A stretch of 64,000 bases of DNA from Nanobdellota archaeon (GCA_016931175.1 JAFGFH010000022.1:17527-81526), one strand, 5' to 3'; positions 1-9,531 are shown, numbered from the stretch's first letter. The notes: a model not told the origin generated them from the letters alone. Program-made: numbers and translations.

Positions 1-1044
1 CAAGCTGAAACCTATGCTTCCAAGAATCATGAATAAAGGGTAAACTATTAGTTGAGGTATGAAATTAAAAAATCCTTGAACCCATAAGTCTTGAATGCTG
101 GGGAACTGAAGCCAGTAAGCGAGTCCTGATATTGGCTGCTGCCCCGCGAATGTTCCTAATAAGGGAAATCCTGCATTGAACAAGAACATTCCTGCCATTT
201 GAATCATTGCAATAAGGCTCGCTGTGAATATGACTGGGATATTGCTGGTGTAGAAGAACTTAATAGGCCATTTAATATTATAACCTCTCACTCTTCCCAT
301 AGTTAATGGTATGTTAACTTTTATGCTCTGCGCGAAAACTACAAGCATGAAAACTCCAACCGTTGCTATTATACTTATCAAAGGCCAGACTATTAGTGCA
401 GGCTGTCCTTCGAACAATAACTGGAAGATTAAAGGCATGTAACCAACGAAGTAACCAGTAGCGTCATTAATTAAAGGACTTAAAGCTGTTACGAATACTT
501 GCTGGCTTACACCTGCTGCTATGAATAATGAGATTCCGCTTCCGAAACCCCACTTGCTGCAAATTTCATCAAAAAGCATTAATAATAATCCGCCGAAGAT
601 TAATTGAAGAATTAAGACTAAAATGTTTATGATAGAGCCTTGTGCTGGGGGGATAGCTCCTGATAAAACGTACATTGTATTCATGAAGATTATGAATCCT
701 ATGCTTACTGCTTTCTGAATTAATTGGTACTTCTCCCTTCCCTCTTTAGACTGAGTGTCAAGGTTCAATACTCCTGCCCCGCTTAACAATTGCAGTATTA
801 TGCTTCCGCTTACTATTGGTCCAATACCTAAGCTGATAAGAGAACCAAGCTTTGCTGCTAATAATACGCTTAACGCTTCGAACTGGCTGACATAATTAGG
901 GTCCAAACCGTATAAAGGTATAACACTTAACAAGAAGTATAAGAATAATACTATAACTGTCCATTTTAGTTTTTCATTAAATCCGAGTTTTTTTTCAGGC
1001 TTTTTTACTTCTGGTAAAATTTTCAAGTAATCTGTCCAGCTCAT
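1..1044 (-). CDS. secY: Preprotein translocase subunit SecY (N-terminal ~348 codons; C-terminus lies beyond window start)
   Basis: Minus-strand ORF from ATG at 1044 translates to a multi-TM protein with a SecY-like N-terminus. It sits immediately downstream of L15, the canonical archaeal/bacterial position, and its start overlaps the L15 stop by 2 nt. Confidence 0.88.
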   Translation of the reverse strand, partial: MSWTDYLKILPEVKKPEKKLGFNEKLKWTVIVLFLYFLLSVIPLYGLDPNYVSQFEALSVLLAAKLGSLISLGIGPIVSGSIILQLLSGAGVLNLDTQSKEGREKYQLIQKAVSIGFIIFMNTMYVLSGAIPPAQGSIINILVLILQLIFGGLLLMLFDEICSKWGFGSGISLFIAAGVSQQVFVTALSPLINDATGYFVGYMPLIFQLLFEGQPALIVWPLISIIATVGVFMLVVFAQSIKVNIPLTMGRVRGYNIKWPIKFFYTSNIPVIFTASLIAMIQMAGMFLFNAGFPLLGTFAGQQPISGLAYWLQFPSIQDLWVQGFFNFIPQLIVYPLFMILGSIGFSL

Positions 1045-1457
1045 TTTGCAACAACTTCCCCACCAGCTTTAACTATCTTCTCTTCTGCCTTCTTAGTAAC
1101 CCCGCAATAGTTTGATAATATTATTGGAATATTAACTGTTCCTGAACCAAGAACCTTCATGCCTTTAGCATTAATTAAGTATTTGCTTCCTTTCTTTTCA
1201 GCACTCTTAACTGCCTTCTCGCATAATAATCCAATGCTGATTCCTTCAACAGGTTGGCTTTTTGAATGGAATCCGTGCTTGCCATAATCTATCTGCCCGT
1301 CCTTCATGAACTGGTGCTTCTTCTGCTTGCACCTCTTGCCGTGCCCTGCAGCTCCAACACCTCCTCTGTTGCCGGAGCCTCTTCTTCTCAAGCCCTGCCT
1401 CATGTTATAACCCATCTTCTTCCTGTTCTTCTTAGCGTGCTTGACTACCATAATCAC
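1041..1457 (-). CDS. rpl15: 50S ribosomal protein L15 (uL15)
   Basis: 138 aa, Gly/Arg/Lys-rich N-terminal region (RRRGSGNRGGVGAAGHGKR) typical of uL15. Position between L30 and SecY. Confidence 0.95.
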   Translation of the reverse strand: MIMVVKHAKKNRKKMGYNMRQGLRRRGSGNRGGVGAAGHGKRCKQKKHQFMKDGQIDYGKHGFHSKSQPVEGISIGLLCEKAVKSAEKKGSKYLINAKGMKVLGSGTVNIPIILSNYCGVTKKAEEKIVKAGGEVVAK

Positions 1458-1891
1458 ATCATCCTCTTAATTAAATCATCCATTGATTCGTGAAATCCTA
1501 AATCTCCGCCTTGTTTTACTGTATTCTTTATTCCACCTTTTCTTAACCCCTTAACTGGAGGATGAAGCCTTAATACTGGAACTATTTCACTGACATCCTT
1601 TAATAATTTTCCAGATTTCAGTGTTGAAATTATCTTATCAACGAGTTTAGCATCAACGGGTTTCTTATCCTTTCTAACAACTCTCTTCAATAACAACTCC
1701 TTCAATACTGCTTCACTGATTGGACCGTACATTGCATAATCCTTAACCTTTTCTATCATACCATTATAAATAGGTGACTCCGGAAGCAGTGTGCAAGATT
1801 GCGACTTGTCCAACCTTAGCATTTGGAAGGTATCCTTTACCTGTTTTTTTATACCTATCCTTCCTCTTACCCTAATAATCGCATTCATCAC
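1454..1891 (-). CDS. rpl30: 50S ribosomal protein L30 (uL30/L7e-type)
   Basis: 145 aa, archaeal long L30 form. Position between S5 and L15 with 4-nt stop/start overlaps. Confidence 0.93.
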   Translation of the reverse strand: MMNAIIRVRGRIGIKKQVKDTFQMLRLDKSQSCTLLPESPIYNGMIEKVKDYAMYGPISEAVLKELLLKRVVRKDKKPVDAKLVDKIISTLKSGKLLKDVSEIVPVLRLHPPVKGLRKGGIKNTVKQGGDLGFHESMDDLIKRMM

Positions 1892-2619
1892 TTGTTACCC
1901 CCGTCTACAATACTGACATTAGTAGCATATTTTGGGTTTAAATGGAACTTGTTCAAACTCCTTAAAGCATTCATGCAAGCTCTTATAAGATTCATTCTTG
2001 AACAAGTCTGCCCGCTCGTAGTGCTCCAAACGTCTTTAATTCCTGCAAGCTTCAATATCTTCTTGCACTCGTCATTAACGCATAAACCAATACCTTTAGG
2101 TGCAGGGTATAATGTTATAGTAACACTTGAACACTTTCCTGATACTGTGAAAGGTATAGTATGAGGTTCTCCGCAACCGCACTCCCAGCTACCGCAGCCC
2201 CTCTTTATCTTAAATATGTTCATCTTGGAATTAATTATTGACTTGTTTCTTGCAGGAACTGTTTCGCGAGCGTGTCCAGTGCCTACTCCAATAATACCAT
2301 CCTGGTTTCCAACAATCGCCATTGATAAGAACTTTGGCCTGTTGCCATCCCTTGTCTTCTTCTGAGTGACTCTGAAAGCTCTTCTCTGCCCTCCTCCGAA
2401 TTTTCCTTTAGCCTGTCCTACAAGCAATAAGTCAACAGTTAAGTTAGGAATAAGAGTTTCAGTAATCTGAGGCTCCCTGATAACAAGGTTCTTGTCAAGA
2501 ATCTGTTCTATACTGGTTACTTCTCCTGATTTAACCATTCTTCCAAGCCTAGTCTTAGGAATCCATTCCTCTTCCGTTTTTTCAATTTCTCTTTCTCTCA
2601 TAATCTCACACCTTTTCAA
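1888..2619 (-). CDS. rps5: 30S ribosomal protein S5 (uS5)
   Basis: 243 aa. Conserved uS5 core (GQRRAFRV, IVGNQDGIIGVGTG, KRGCGSWECGCGEPHTIPF). Operon position. Confidence 0.95.
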   Translation of the reverse strand: MKRCEIMREREIEKTEEEWIPKTRLGRMVKSGEVTSIEQILDKNLVIREPQITETLIPNLTVDLLLVGQAKGKFGGGQRRAFRVTQKKTRDGNRPKFLSMAIVGNQDGIIGVGTGHARETVPARNKSIINSKMNIFKIKRGCGSWECGCGEPHTIPFTVSGKCSSVTITLYPAPKGIGLCVNDECKKILKLAGIKDVWSTTSGQTCSRMNLIRACMNALRSLNKFHLNPKYATNVSIVDGGNK

Positions 2620-3106
2620 TACTCTTCTTTACTGTTTCAATAATCTTACTGTCAAATCCTTTAATATGAGTTCCTTTCATCCTCTCAGGTGAAGGGAATA
2701 CTTTAGCATCATGAGGTATTTTTAATCCTGACTCTACTGCTCCAGCAAGAACTGCGTATAAATTGTTTCCAGCAGAACTGATGTTCAAACCCGTATCAAA
2801 TACTGCTTCTTTTATCTTGTTCTTCAATGCTAGTTTGCCTGCCAAGTAACCCGTCAAGTATGATGAAGGCAGATTGTTTGAAGCATTCTTCCAACCGTGC
2901 TTTGCAAGGGTCTGGTTTGTTACAGTGATTATTGTCTTATCCCCTTCTGGTTTGAAGCTTATTAATTGAACTATTACTCTCTTGTTTGTTCTTCTAACAA
3001 CAAGTCTAGGCTTATCGCTCTTCAAAAGCGCCAACCTCTTCTTATAATTGGTCTTGTTCAATCTCTTCCTCTTATACTTTACTGAATACCTTGGTCCTGT
3101 TGCCAT
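2606..3106 (-). CDS. rpl18: 50S ribosomal protein L18 (uL18)
   Basis: 166 aa. N-terminal basic region (RKRLNKTNYKKRLALLKSDKPRLVVRRTNKRVIVQL) typical of uL18. Operon position. Confidence 0.94.
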   Translation of the reverse strand: MATGPRYSVKYKRKRLNKTNYKKRLALLKSDKPRLVVRRTNKRVIVQLISFKPEGDKTIITVTNQTLAKHGWKNASNNLPSSYLTGYLAGKLALKNKIKEAVFDTGLNISSAGNNLYAVLAGAVESGLKIPHDAKVFPSPERMKGTHIKGFDSKIIETVKKSIEKV

Positions 3107-3110
3107 AATA

Positions 3111-3548
3111 TTACTTCTCCATCTTTGATATGTACAATTTCAAGTGATTCTTGCTTCTGAAGAATCCTCCTGTAATCATCCTGTACAAACTCCTGTACTG
3201 TTTCGAATCTATCTTCTCTTTCTCTTTAAGCTCGGATAAGAATCTTCTCTGAACCCTTACCCTGTTCATCCATAACTGCTTCTTTGAAATTCTTGAATAT
3301 TTCGCTCCTTTCTTGCTTCCAGGCCCTTTTCTTCTTCCTTTCTTCTGCTGCTCTTTTCTTACGCGAGCTCTTGCTCTACTAACTCCTTTTTTATTTTTAA
3401 TAATTATTGATGTTCCAATAACGCTTCTTAAATCAGCTCGAGTAATAGCTTCCTTAATATCATCTGATTTTTCAGGATTTAACTTAACCCTGCTCTTTCC
3501 AACCTTGGCAGTTCTTGCAATCAATTCTTTCTGTTTTCTCTGATTCAT
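3111..3548 (-). CDS. rpl19e: 50S ribosomal protein L19e (eL19)
   Basis: 145 aa with eL19 N-terminus (QKELIARTAKVGKSRVKLNP) and basic C-terminal half. Stop is TAA. Confidence 0.94.
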   Translation of the reverse strand: MNQRKQKELIARTAKVGKSRVKLNPEKSDDIKEAITRADLRSVIGTSIIIKNKKGVSRARARVRKEQQKKGRRKGPGSKKGAKYSRISKKQLWMNRVRVQRRFLSELKEKEKIDSKQYRSLYRMITGGFFRSKNHLKLYISKMEK

Positions 3549-4087
3549 TTCTTCCCACCCTTAACTGGTTTTGCAGGCTTCTTGGCTGGCTTTTCAGGCT
3601 TCTTGGCTGGCTTCTCTGGTTTTTCTTCAACCTTCTCCTTCTTCACAACCTCTTTCTTAACAATTGTTTTCTCCTTCTTTGCAGTCTTCTCAGCTGCTTT
3701 CTTCAAGACTTCTTCAACTTTGAAGTTTATGAAGTTATAGTTTTTGCCTTTTGCAGCCTCAGCAATAATGCTCTTCTTTTTCAAACCTAATTTTCCGCTT
3801 ACAATACCTACTGAGTCTTTGCTTAATAGTTTCAAATCATCAACTGTTGAAATCATAACTATCTTCCTGCCCTTTTTATCAAAGTTTTTCAAACTAACAG
3901 GAGTGCTTCTTCCTACTAATGGCATTTTCATCTCCCACCTCTTCTTTCTTCTAATCTTTGAATGGTGGCCTTTAGGCTTCCTCCAATTATCAGGCAAAGC
4001 TTTCTTCCTGTGCTTCTCAACCCTTCTAATAACGGGTCTCTTCTTTTTCATCAAATTTTTAATGCTTAATAAATCACTCATTATCAT
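3545..4087 (-). CDS. rpl32e: 50S ribosomal protein L32e (eL32) with Lys/Pro-rich C-terminal extension
   Basis: eL32 core (NWRKPKGHHSKIRRKKRWEMKMPLVGRSTP) followed by a low-complexity tail (KPEKPAKKPEKPAKKPAKPVKGGKK) encoded by a short DNA tandem repeat near 3580-3620. Confidence 0.9.
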   Translation of the reverse strand: MIMSDLLSIKNLMKKKRPVIRRVEKHRKKALPDNWRKPKGHHSKIRRKKRWEMKMPLVGRSTPVSLKNFDKKGRKIVMISTVDDLKLLSKDSVGIVSGKLGLKKKSIIAEAAKGKNYNFINFKVEEVLKKAAEKTAKKEKTIVKKEVVKKEKVEEKPEKPAKKPEKPAKKPAKPVKGGKK

Positions 4088-4607
4088 TACCTGCCTTTTT
4101 AATTAAATAAATACCATCCTGGAATATTCTCCTGTCATGAATTCTTATCTGTCCTGTCTTTTCAATAATGCCTGCAGTCATTCCTGCGTGCTCTTTATTA
4201 GTTGATTCAACGGTTATAATATCTCCTGCTACCTTAACATTAGCGTTTCCAACTATCTTGCATTTTCTTGGAACCTTCTCACCTAAGTAGTTGCTTATTA
4301 AAATATTCTTACCTTCCTGCTTGACAGTTATTGGGAAATGCGAGCCTGCAATCTTCAATTGGTAAACGAACGGCTTGATTAATCCTCTCATTAAGTTATT
4401 AATGTGTGAAGCGTAAGTGTTCATTAACTTCTTAACGTTCCTGTTTTCCTTCTTGGCCTTTAATGTTATACTCTCAGGTGTTATTATAACATCTATTAAA
4501 GGGTGGAATATTTGCCTCCTGTTCTCTTTGCCGTCTTTAGTAAAAACTAGTTCTTTGCCTTCTCTCTTCACTGTTACTTGCTTCAACACGGGTATAGTTT
4601 TTTCCAT
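4074..4607 (-). CDS. rpl6: 50S ribosomal protein L6 (uL6)
   Basis: 177 aa. Two-domain uL6-like sequence. Operon position between S8 and L32e. Confidence 0.94.
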   Translation of the reverse strand: MEKTIPVLKQVTVKREGKELVFTKDGKENRRQIFHPLIDVIITPESITLKAKKENRNVKKLMNTYASHINNLMRGLIKPFVYQLKIAGSHFPITVKQEGKNILISNYLGEKVPRKCKIVGNANVKVAGDIITVESTNKEHAGMTAGIIEKTGQIRIHDRRIFQDGIYLIKKAGNDNE

Positions 4608-4620
4608 AATGAATCACTCT

Positions 4621-5010
4621 TTAGTAAACGTAAGCTATTAATTTACCTCCTGTTCCCTGCTCTTTCAACTCTTGATGGGTTACTAAACCCTTCGGGGTTG
4701 ATACTATCAAGCATCCTAATTCTCTCGCAGGCAAGTACCTCTTCTCAAACTTTTCAATCTCATCCTTCTTTGCTGAGAATCTTGGTTTAATTGCCATTGC
4801 CTGGTTCATGTTGCCGTTGAATAAAATCTTAATACTTCCTCCCCTATTATCCGCAACGACTTGGAAGTTTTCAATATAACCTTCCCTTTTGAATAATTCT
4901 ATTACTTTATTAACAAGTTTAGATGTTGGTTTAATCAAGCACTCCTTTTTTCCATTCTTTAAAGCGTTAGTCATGCTTGACAACGCGTCTGCCAGTAAAT
5001 CATGTCTCAT
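4621..5010 (-). CDS. rps8: 30S ribosomal protein S8 (uS8)
   Basis: ORF track gives 4621..5076, but the uS8 N-terminus (MRHDLLADALSSMTNALKNG) starts at ATG 5010. The longer ORF would overlap S14. Confidence 0.93.
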   Translation of the reverse strand: MRHDLLADALSSMTNALKNGKKECLIKPTSKLVNKVIELFKREGYIENFQVVADNRGGSIKILFNGNMNQAMAIKPRFSAKKDEIEKFEKRYLPARELGCLIVSTPKGLVTHQELKEQGTGGKLIAYVY

Positions 5011-5021
5011 AATATCACCTT

Positions 5022-5249
5022 TTAAAACTTCTTGAACCCTATGCCGTTTGCAATGTCTTTGAAACACTGCCTGCAAACGTTCAATTCATACCTCCTTATT
5101 AGTGCTCCTCTTCTGCCGCAGATTGAACACACTCTTCTTCCTCTGCCGTACTTCTTCTCAACAGGCTTGTTGAATTTTAATTGCCTTGTGCTTTCAGCCT
5201 TCTTATGAGCTACTTGTTTGAATGATTTCTTCCAGTCTTTTGCAGTCAT
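5022..5249 (-). CDS. rps14: 30S ribosomal protein S14 (uS14, zinc-binding type Z)
   Basis: 75 aa with CxxC...CxxC zinc knuckle (CSICGRRGALIRRYELNVCRQCF). Confidence 0.95.
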   Translation of the reverse strand: MTAKDWKKSFKQVAHKKAESTRQLKFNKPVEKKYGRGRRVCSICGRRGALIRRYELNVCRQCFKDIANGIGFKKF

Positions 5250-5749
5250 ACTATCTTCACTCCGTACTTATTTTTCATAAAATCTATGGCTTCTTCCTTA
5301 TTAATAATATGCCTTCTTGGAATCTTTGCAGTGTTTAACCTTCTGTCTTTTATCCTGTAACCTGCTCTTGAAAGCGTGAGTGTGACATTGAAACCGAACA
5401 TTGGAATCTTAGGATCATACTTTAATCCTGGAACGTGAACGTACTCGTCAATACCAAAGCTTATGTTGCCGTAATCGTCAAAGCTGGAATCTTTCAGGTT
5501 ATACTCTTTAGCTAATAATAATCTCTTCAATAATTCTTCAAAATTCTTCCTCAAAGTAACCTTTACTCCAAGCTCTATGCCTGGTCTAACGTTGAATTTT
5601 GGAATTCTCTTGTTTGATTTAGTCTTAACAGGATTTGCTCCAGTAACTGTTTTAAGCAGTTCAAAGGCTTTCTCTAACTTATCTCCCGGCTCTCCAACTC
5701 CAATATTCATTGTGAGCTTGCTTATCTTTAAATCTCTCATCTTGTTCAT
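5246..5749 (-). CDS. rpl5: 50S ribosomal protein L5 (uL5)
   Basis: 167 aa, uL5-like. Operon position between S4e and S14. Confidence 0.94.
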   Translation of the reverse strand: MNKMRDLKISKLTMNIGVGEPGDKLEKAFELLKTVTGANPVKTKSNKRIPKFNVRPGIELGVKVTLRKNFEELLKRLLLAKEYNLKDSSFDDYGNISFGIDEYVHVPGLKYDPKIPMFGFNVTLTLSRAGYRIKDRRLNTAKIPRRHIINKEEAIDFMKNKYGVKIV

Positions 5750-6462
5750 TTCTTAACCACTTCTCTAACCTTTATTTCACTGTCCTTTTCTCCCACAACA
5801 AAGACGTAAGTCTTCATGGTTTCATAAACAGTTCCTTTGTCATTCTTCAGTATTACTCTGTCTTTGCTCACGCTTGCAAAATCTTTGAATCCTTGAATAA
5901 CTGCTAATTCTCCGGCGTGTTTACCGTGCATTACGAGAACCGTTGAATCCTTCTTCGCCGGCAAGTGCTTAACTATCTTCTTAGTTGTCAAATCCAATAA
6001 TATAGAATCCCCTGTCTTGTAAGAATCCTTCTTAACTATTATGTTCCTGCTGCTTGAACAGTTTAGTTGAATAATCCCTTTCTTCATCCTCTTCTTGTTT
6101 AAAATACTGAATAATTTCAATCCTGCTTCTTTAGCATCAATGTTTAATGGAATTATTCCTCCCTTATAGTCCAGAACTGCCCTGTAATATATCTTGTTGC
6201 TTGGTATTGAGATTGTATCAAATAATCCAACAGGGTATTTAACATCCTTAACAACAGAGTTGTCTACAAGAACTAGTTTATTATTAACTATTCTCTTGCA
6301 CTCTTTCAAATCATTAACCAAACCTAAATGGTCTCTTAACAAGACTATTAATGGAATGCTGAAGTCCTTCTTGTGAGGCCCTGGTGAAGGCCTTGCTACG
6401 AATGTGTTCGTCTTCTTTGCTAAATTCCATCTCTTTGGCGTGTTTACTCTCTTTAAATGCAT
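5746..6462 (-). CDS. rps4e: 30S ribosomal protein S4e (eS4)
   Basis: 238 aa. eS4 N-terminus (MHLKRVNTPKRWNLAKKTNTFVARPSPGPH) and KOW-like region. Confidence 0.94.
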   Translation of the reverse strand: MHLKRVNTPKRWNLAKKTNTFVARPSPGPHKKDFSIPLIVLLRDHLGLVNDLKECKRIVNNKLVLVDNSVVKDVKYPVGLFDTISIPSNKIYYRAVLDYKGGIIPLNIDAKEAGLKLFSILNKKRMKKGIIQLNCSSSRNIIVKKDSYKTGDSILLDLTTKKIVKHLPAKKDSTVLVMHGKHAGELAVIQGFKDFASVSKDRVILKNDKGTVYETMKTYVFVVGEKDSEIKVREVVKK

Positions 6463-6464
6463 AT

Positions 6465-6854
6465 TTATTTCACCTTCTCCGTTTTTTTAGTCTTGAATCT
6501 CTTCTTGTCGCTCAAGTCTAATTCTATTAATTGAACGTTTGAATAGTGTATTTTGAAATCAACTTTTGTTCCGTCTTTCTTCTCTAATTTTACTCCTTCA
6601 AGTAATAGTTTATAATTCCTCCTGTCAACTTTTTCAATCTTTGCCTCTTTGCCTTTGAATTGTCCCCTCATAATCTTAACCTTGTCGCCTTTTCTTGCTC
6701 GAACGCTTCTGACCTTGTAATGCTTCCTTAACTCCTTGCTTAAATTGCATTTCATAATATTCTGCTTAACGTGAAGCGGAGCATTAACTGCGTATTTTCT
6801 CTGCTTGCGTGGTTGCACGCTCTTATTCCATGATTTGCTGAAACTCTTTTTCAT
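6465..6854 (-). CDS. rpl24: 50S ribosomal protein L24 (uL24)
   Basis: 129 aa. KOW motif (KGDKVKIMRGQFKGKEAKIEKV). Confidence 0.94.
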   Translation of the reverse strand: MKKSFSKSWNKSVQPRKQRKYAVNAPLHVKQNIMKCNLSKELRKHYKVRSVRARKGDKVKIMRGQFKGKEAKIEKVDRRNYKLLLEGVKLEKKDGTKVDFKIHYSNVQLIELDLSDKKRFKTKKTEKVK

Positions 6855-6855
6855 A

Positions 6856-7257
6856 TTATACCACTATACTGCTTATCTTTCCTATCTTTGGGAACCTGTC
6901 AACTACTTCTCTTGCAACAGCTCCCTTAATAACGCTTCCCTTAGGGTCTCCTTCCAATGATTTAAGTATTACGCACGCGTTGTCCTCAAACTTTATCCTA
7001 GTGCCGTCGCTTCTCATGTAAGGCATTTTCTGTCTTATTATTACCGCGTTTGCAATCTTCTTCCTCATTGATTGCACTCCTGTCTTAACGCTTACTGTAA
7101 CAACATCACCTATTCCTGCACTCTGCCTCCTCTTCTTAACTGCTTTTCCTAACTTAACAGATACTAGTTCAACTATCTTAGCGCCGCTGTTATCCGCAGC
7201 AGTCATCTTTGCTCCAATATCAAGTCCTCTCGTAACGTTCGCCTTTACTGCCTTCAT
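6856..7257 (-). CDS. rpl14: 50S ribosomal protein L14 (uL14)
   Basis: 133 aa, uL14-like (DNSGAKIVELVSV...GDVVTVSVK). Confidence 0.95.
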   Translation of the reverse strand: MKAVKANVTRGLDIGAKMTAADNSGAKIVELVSVKLGKAVKKRRQSAGIGDVVTVSVKTGVQSMRKKIANAVIIRQKMPYMRSDGTRIKFEDNACVILKSLEGDPKGSVIKGAVAREVVDRFPKIGKISSIVV

Positions 7258-7589
7258 TCATTCACCACTTCCTTGCTTAATACAACGAAGCTCTTAGTCT
7301 TTGATATAGGCCTCGTCTCCATTATTGTTACGAAATCACCATTTCTTGCCTTAATACAGTCAGGATTATGAGCTCTTACCTTTGTCTTCTTCTTAGCAAA
7401 CCTTTCATACTTGGGAATCTTGTATATTCTCTTAAACTCGATAATAACCCCTTTGTTCATCTTATCACTAATAACTCTTCCCCTGAATAATCTTCCGCGA
7501 ACGCTTAATGTTCCATGAAAAGGACAGTTCTTATCAGTACATGCCTCTTTAGGCGCTTCAATTCCTTTTATTCCAACATTTCTTGCCAT
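7254..7589 (-). CDS. rps17: 30S ribosomal protein S17 (uS17)
   Basis: 111 aa. CPFHG zinc-knuckle-like N-terminus typical of archaeal S17. Confidence 0.93.
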   Translation of the reverse strand: MARNVGIKGIEAPKEACTDKNCPFHGTLSVRGRLFRGRVISDKMNKGVIIEFKRIYKIPKYERFAKKKTKVRAHNPDCIKARNGDFVTIMETRPISKTKSFVVLSKEVVNE

Positions 7590-7843
7590 TTATCTTTCAC
7601 CTTATAACTCTTTTTTAACCTCTCATAGGGTCTTTGCAGGACGTCATCCCCTTTTAACAAGACCTTCTCATCTTTTATTCTGAAAAGGAAAACGCTGCCT
7701 TGTTTTGGGATAATCTTCTCCTTATCGTCCTTCAATATTATGAACGTGTTCTTAGTCTCGTCAACAATTAAACCCTTCATCTTTCCCGTTTCAACGTTTA
7801 ATCCGATGAGTTCATGATTGACCAAGTTTTTTTTCGTTATCAT
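7568..7843 (-). CDS. rnp1: RNase P protein component 1 (Rpp29/Pop4 homolog)
   Basis: 91 aa Sm-like protein (ELIGLNVETGKMKGLIVDETKNTFIIL) in the conserved archaeal slot between SUI1 and S17. Confidence 0.8.
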   Translation of the reverse strand: MITKKNLVNHELIGLNVETGKMKGLIVDETKNTFIILKDDKEKIIPKQGSVFLFRIKDEKVLLKGDDVLQRPYERLKKSYKVKDKWQEMLE

Positions 7844-8160
7844 TTGACTTCAATACTTTCTTCCGGAAATCCTTCCTTGACGAGTATCTCTTTTGCCTTC
7901 TTCGCGTGTTGTCCTTGCAGTTCAATCATTCCTTCCTTAGCCGTTCCACCGCAAGCAAGTTTCTGCTTGAAAAGTTTTGTTAAACCTTTCACATCAATCT
8001 GTTTCTCATCCAAGCCTTCAATTATAGTCACGTGCTTTTTGTACTTCCTTTTCACGTCGCTTATGACTATTTTTTGCTGTTCTCGCGCTATGGATTCGCA
8101 GACGCATAAGTCTTTAGGCAAACCACATTTTTGACAAACGTCCATAAATTTACTTACCAC
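7840..8160 (-). CDS. Translation initiation factor SUI1/eIF1 family protein
   Basis: 106 aa. N-terminal Cys cluster (CQKCGLPKDLCVCE) plus SUI1 core (HVTIIEGLD...ACGGTAKEGMIELQGQH). Conserved archaeal position after L29. Confidence 0.88.
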   Translation of the reverse strand: MVSKFMDVCQKCGLPKDLCVCESIAREQQKIVISDVKRKYKKHVTIIEGLDEKQIDVKGLTKLFKQKLACGGTAKEGMIELQGQHAKKAKEILVKEGFPEESIEVK

Positions 8161-8353
8161 CTCTTATACTTTGTAGGGTTTTAATTCTAGCAATTGCCCG
8201 CTTTAACTCCTTAACCTTTCCTGGCTTGTCAGGGTTCTGCTTGCTTGACATCTGAGTTCTTGCCTTCATCAATTCCTTTTTGAACTCTACCATTTTCTCT
8301 TCAAGCTTCTCATTGCTTAACTCCTTCAACTCTTTCAAGCGGATAACTGCCAT
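8150..8353 (-). CDS. rpl29: 50S ribosomal protein L29 (uL29)
   Basis: 67 aa helical protein with the uL29 pattern (LKELSNEKLEEKMVEFKKELMKARTQ). Confidence 0.94.
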   Translation of the reverse strand: MAVIRLKELKELSNEKLEEKMVEFKKELMKARTQMSSKQNPDKPGKVKELKRAIARIKTLQSIRGGK

Positions 8354-9123
8354 TACTTCTTCTCCTCTTTAACTGGTTTTTTCTTAGCAGGAGACTTCTT
8401 CTCTGCCGGAGTTTTCTTCTTAGTCTCCTTCTTAGGTTCAGTTTTCTCCTCTTTCTTCTCAGCTGGTTTTGAAGACTCCTTCTCCTCCAGCTTTTCCGGT
8501 TCCTGTTTAACTTCCTGAACCTTTATTTCACCAGTGATTATGATACTGTCAGGCATTACACTATTTGGAGGCAGTATTTTAACTGTTACTCCAATAACGC
8601 CGGGTTTTAACTGCGCTAACCTGTAGCCTTTTAATACTAGAGTGTTCGCAGGGTCTCCTGATTTAGGCAAATAACCCATTGTGAACTTCCATGTCTTTGC
8701 TCTCTTTGAAGGCACTTTACCGCTTATAATAATCTCAGCGCCTATCGCTCCTGAGTCTATTACTTTTTGAATAATTCTGTGCCCTATGAATTTGAATCTG
8801 CTCGTTCCCATCCTTACAAGCATGTCTGCTATGTTCTCAGCAACTATTGAAGGGTCAAGGTCTGGCTCGTTAATCTCTTGAACTTCTATTTGAGGGCTTT
8901 GCATGCTGAACTTAGTCTTCAAATCCTCAACAACGCTCTTAATATTGCTTCCTCCTCTTCCAACTACTAATCCAGGCTTTGAACTGAATATTATTATCTT
9001 CTCACCTAAAGGAGTTTTCTGAATAATAGTATGAGAGTAACTGCTGTTCTTGAAAACGCTTAACAAGTACTCTTGTATCCTGTAATCATTTATCTTCTCT
9101 TTAATGAATTTTCTTTCAATCAT
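8353..9123 (-). CDS. rps3: 30S ribosomal protein S3 (uS3) with Lys-rich C-terminal tail
   Basis: 256 aa. KH-domain core (GLVVGRGGSNIKS) then a Lys/Glu/Pro tail (KKEEKTEPKKETKKKTPAEKKSPAKKKPVKEEKK). Confidence 0.94.
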   Translation of the reverse strand: MIERKFIKEKINDYRIQEYLLSVFKNSSYSHTIIQKTPLGEKIIIFSSKPGLVVGRGGSNIKSVVEDLKTKFSMQSPQIEVQEINEPDLDPSIVAENIADMLVRMGTSRFKFIGHRIIQKVIDSGAIGAEIIISGKVPSKRAKTWKFTMGYLPKSGDPANTLVLKGYRLAQLKPGVIGVTVKILPPNSVMPDSIIITGEIKVQEVKQEPEKLEEKESSKPAEKKEEKTEPKKETKKKTPAEKKSPAKKKPVKEEKK

Positions 9124-9527
9124 TTCTCCACCACTACTCCTATCTTCAAATAAGTCTGCCTGCCTCTTTTATACTTTGACTTCTGGTTCTTGCTGAAAAC
9201 AGCGTTAGGTATGAATTCGTTAATCAAGAGTTTATTCTCATCCAAACCCTTGTGTTTAGCATTAGACTTAACGAGCTTTAACGCTTTAATAACATGTTCT
9301 GCCACGTTTACAGGGAATCTTCCCGCAGCTATTCCCTTCTTGTGCGAAACGTCTTTCTTGTGAGTAACCATTGGAAGAGGCACTTCCTTCTTAGCTACTT
9401 TTTCAAGCTTAGCAATAGCTTTATCAACATTGTTTCCTCTAATCCACCTGCCAACATTTATAGTATACTTTGTTGACACTGGGATTGACACGTTCGCTAT
9501 TGCCTCGCTTTGTTTAACTTCTTTCAT
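9120..9527 (-). CDS. rpl22: 50S ribosomal protein L22 (uL22)
   Basis: 135 aa. Position between S3 and S19. Confidence 0.93.
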   Translation of the reverse strand: MKEVKQSEAIANVSIPVSTKYTINVGRWIRGNNVDKAIAKLEKVAKKEVPLPMVTHKKDVSHKKGIAAGRFPVNVAEHVIKALKLVKSNAKHKGLDENKLLINEFIPNAVFSKNQKSKYKRGRQTYLKIGVVVEK

Positions 9528-9531
9528 AATA

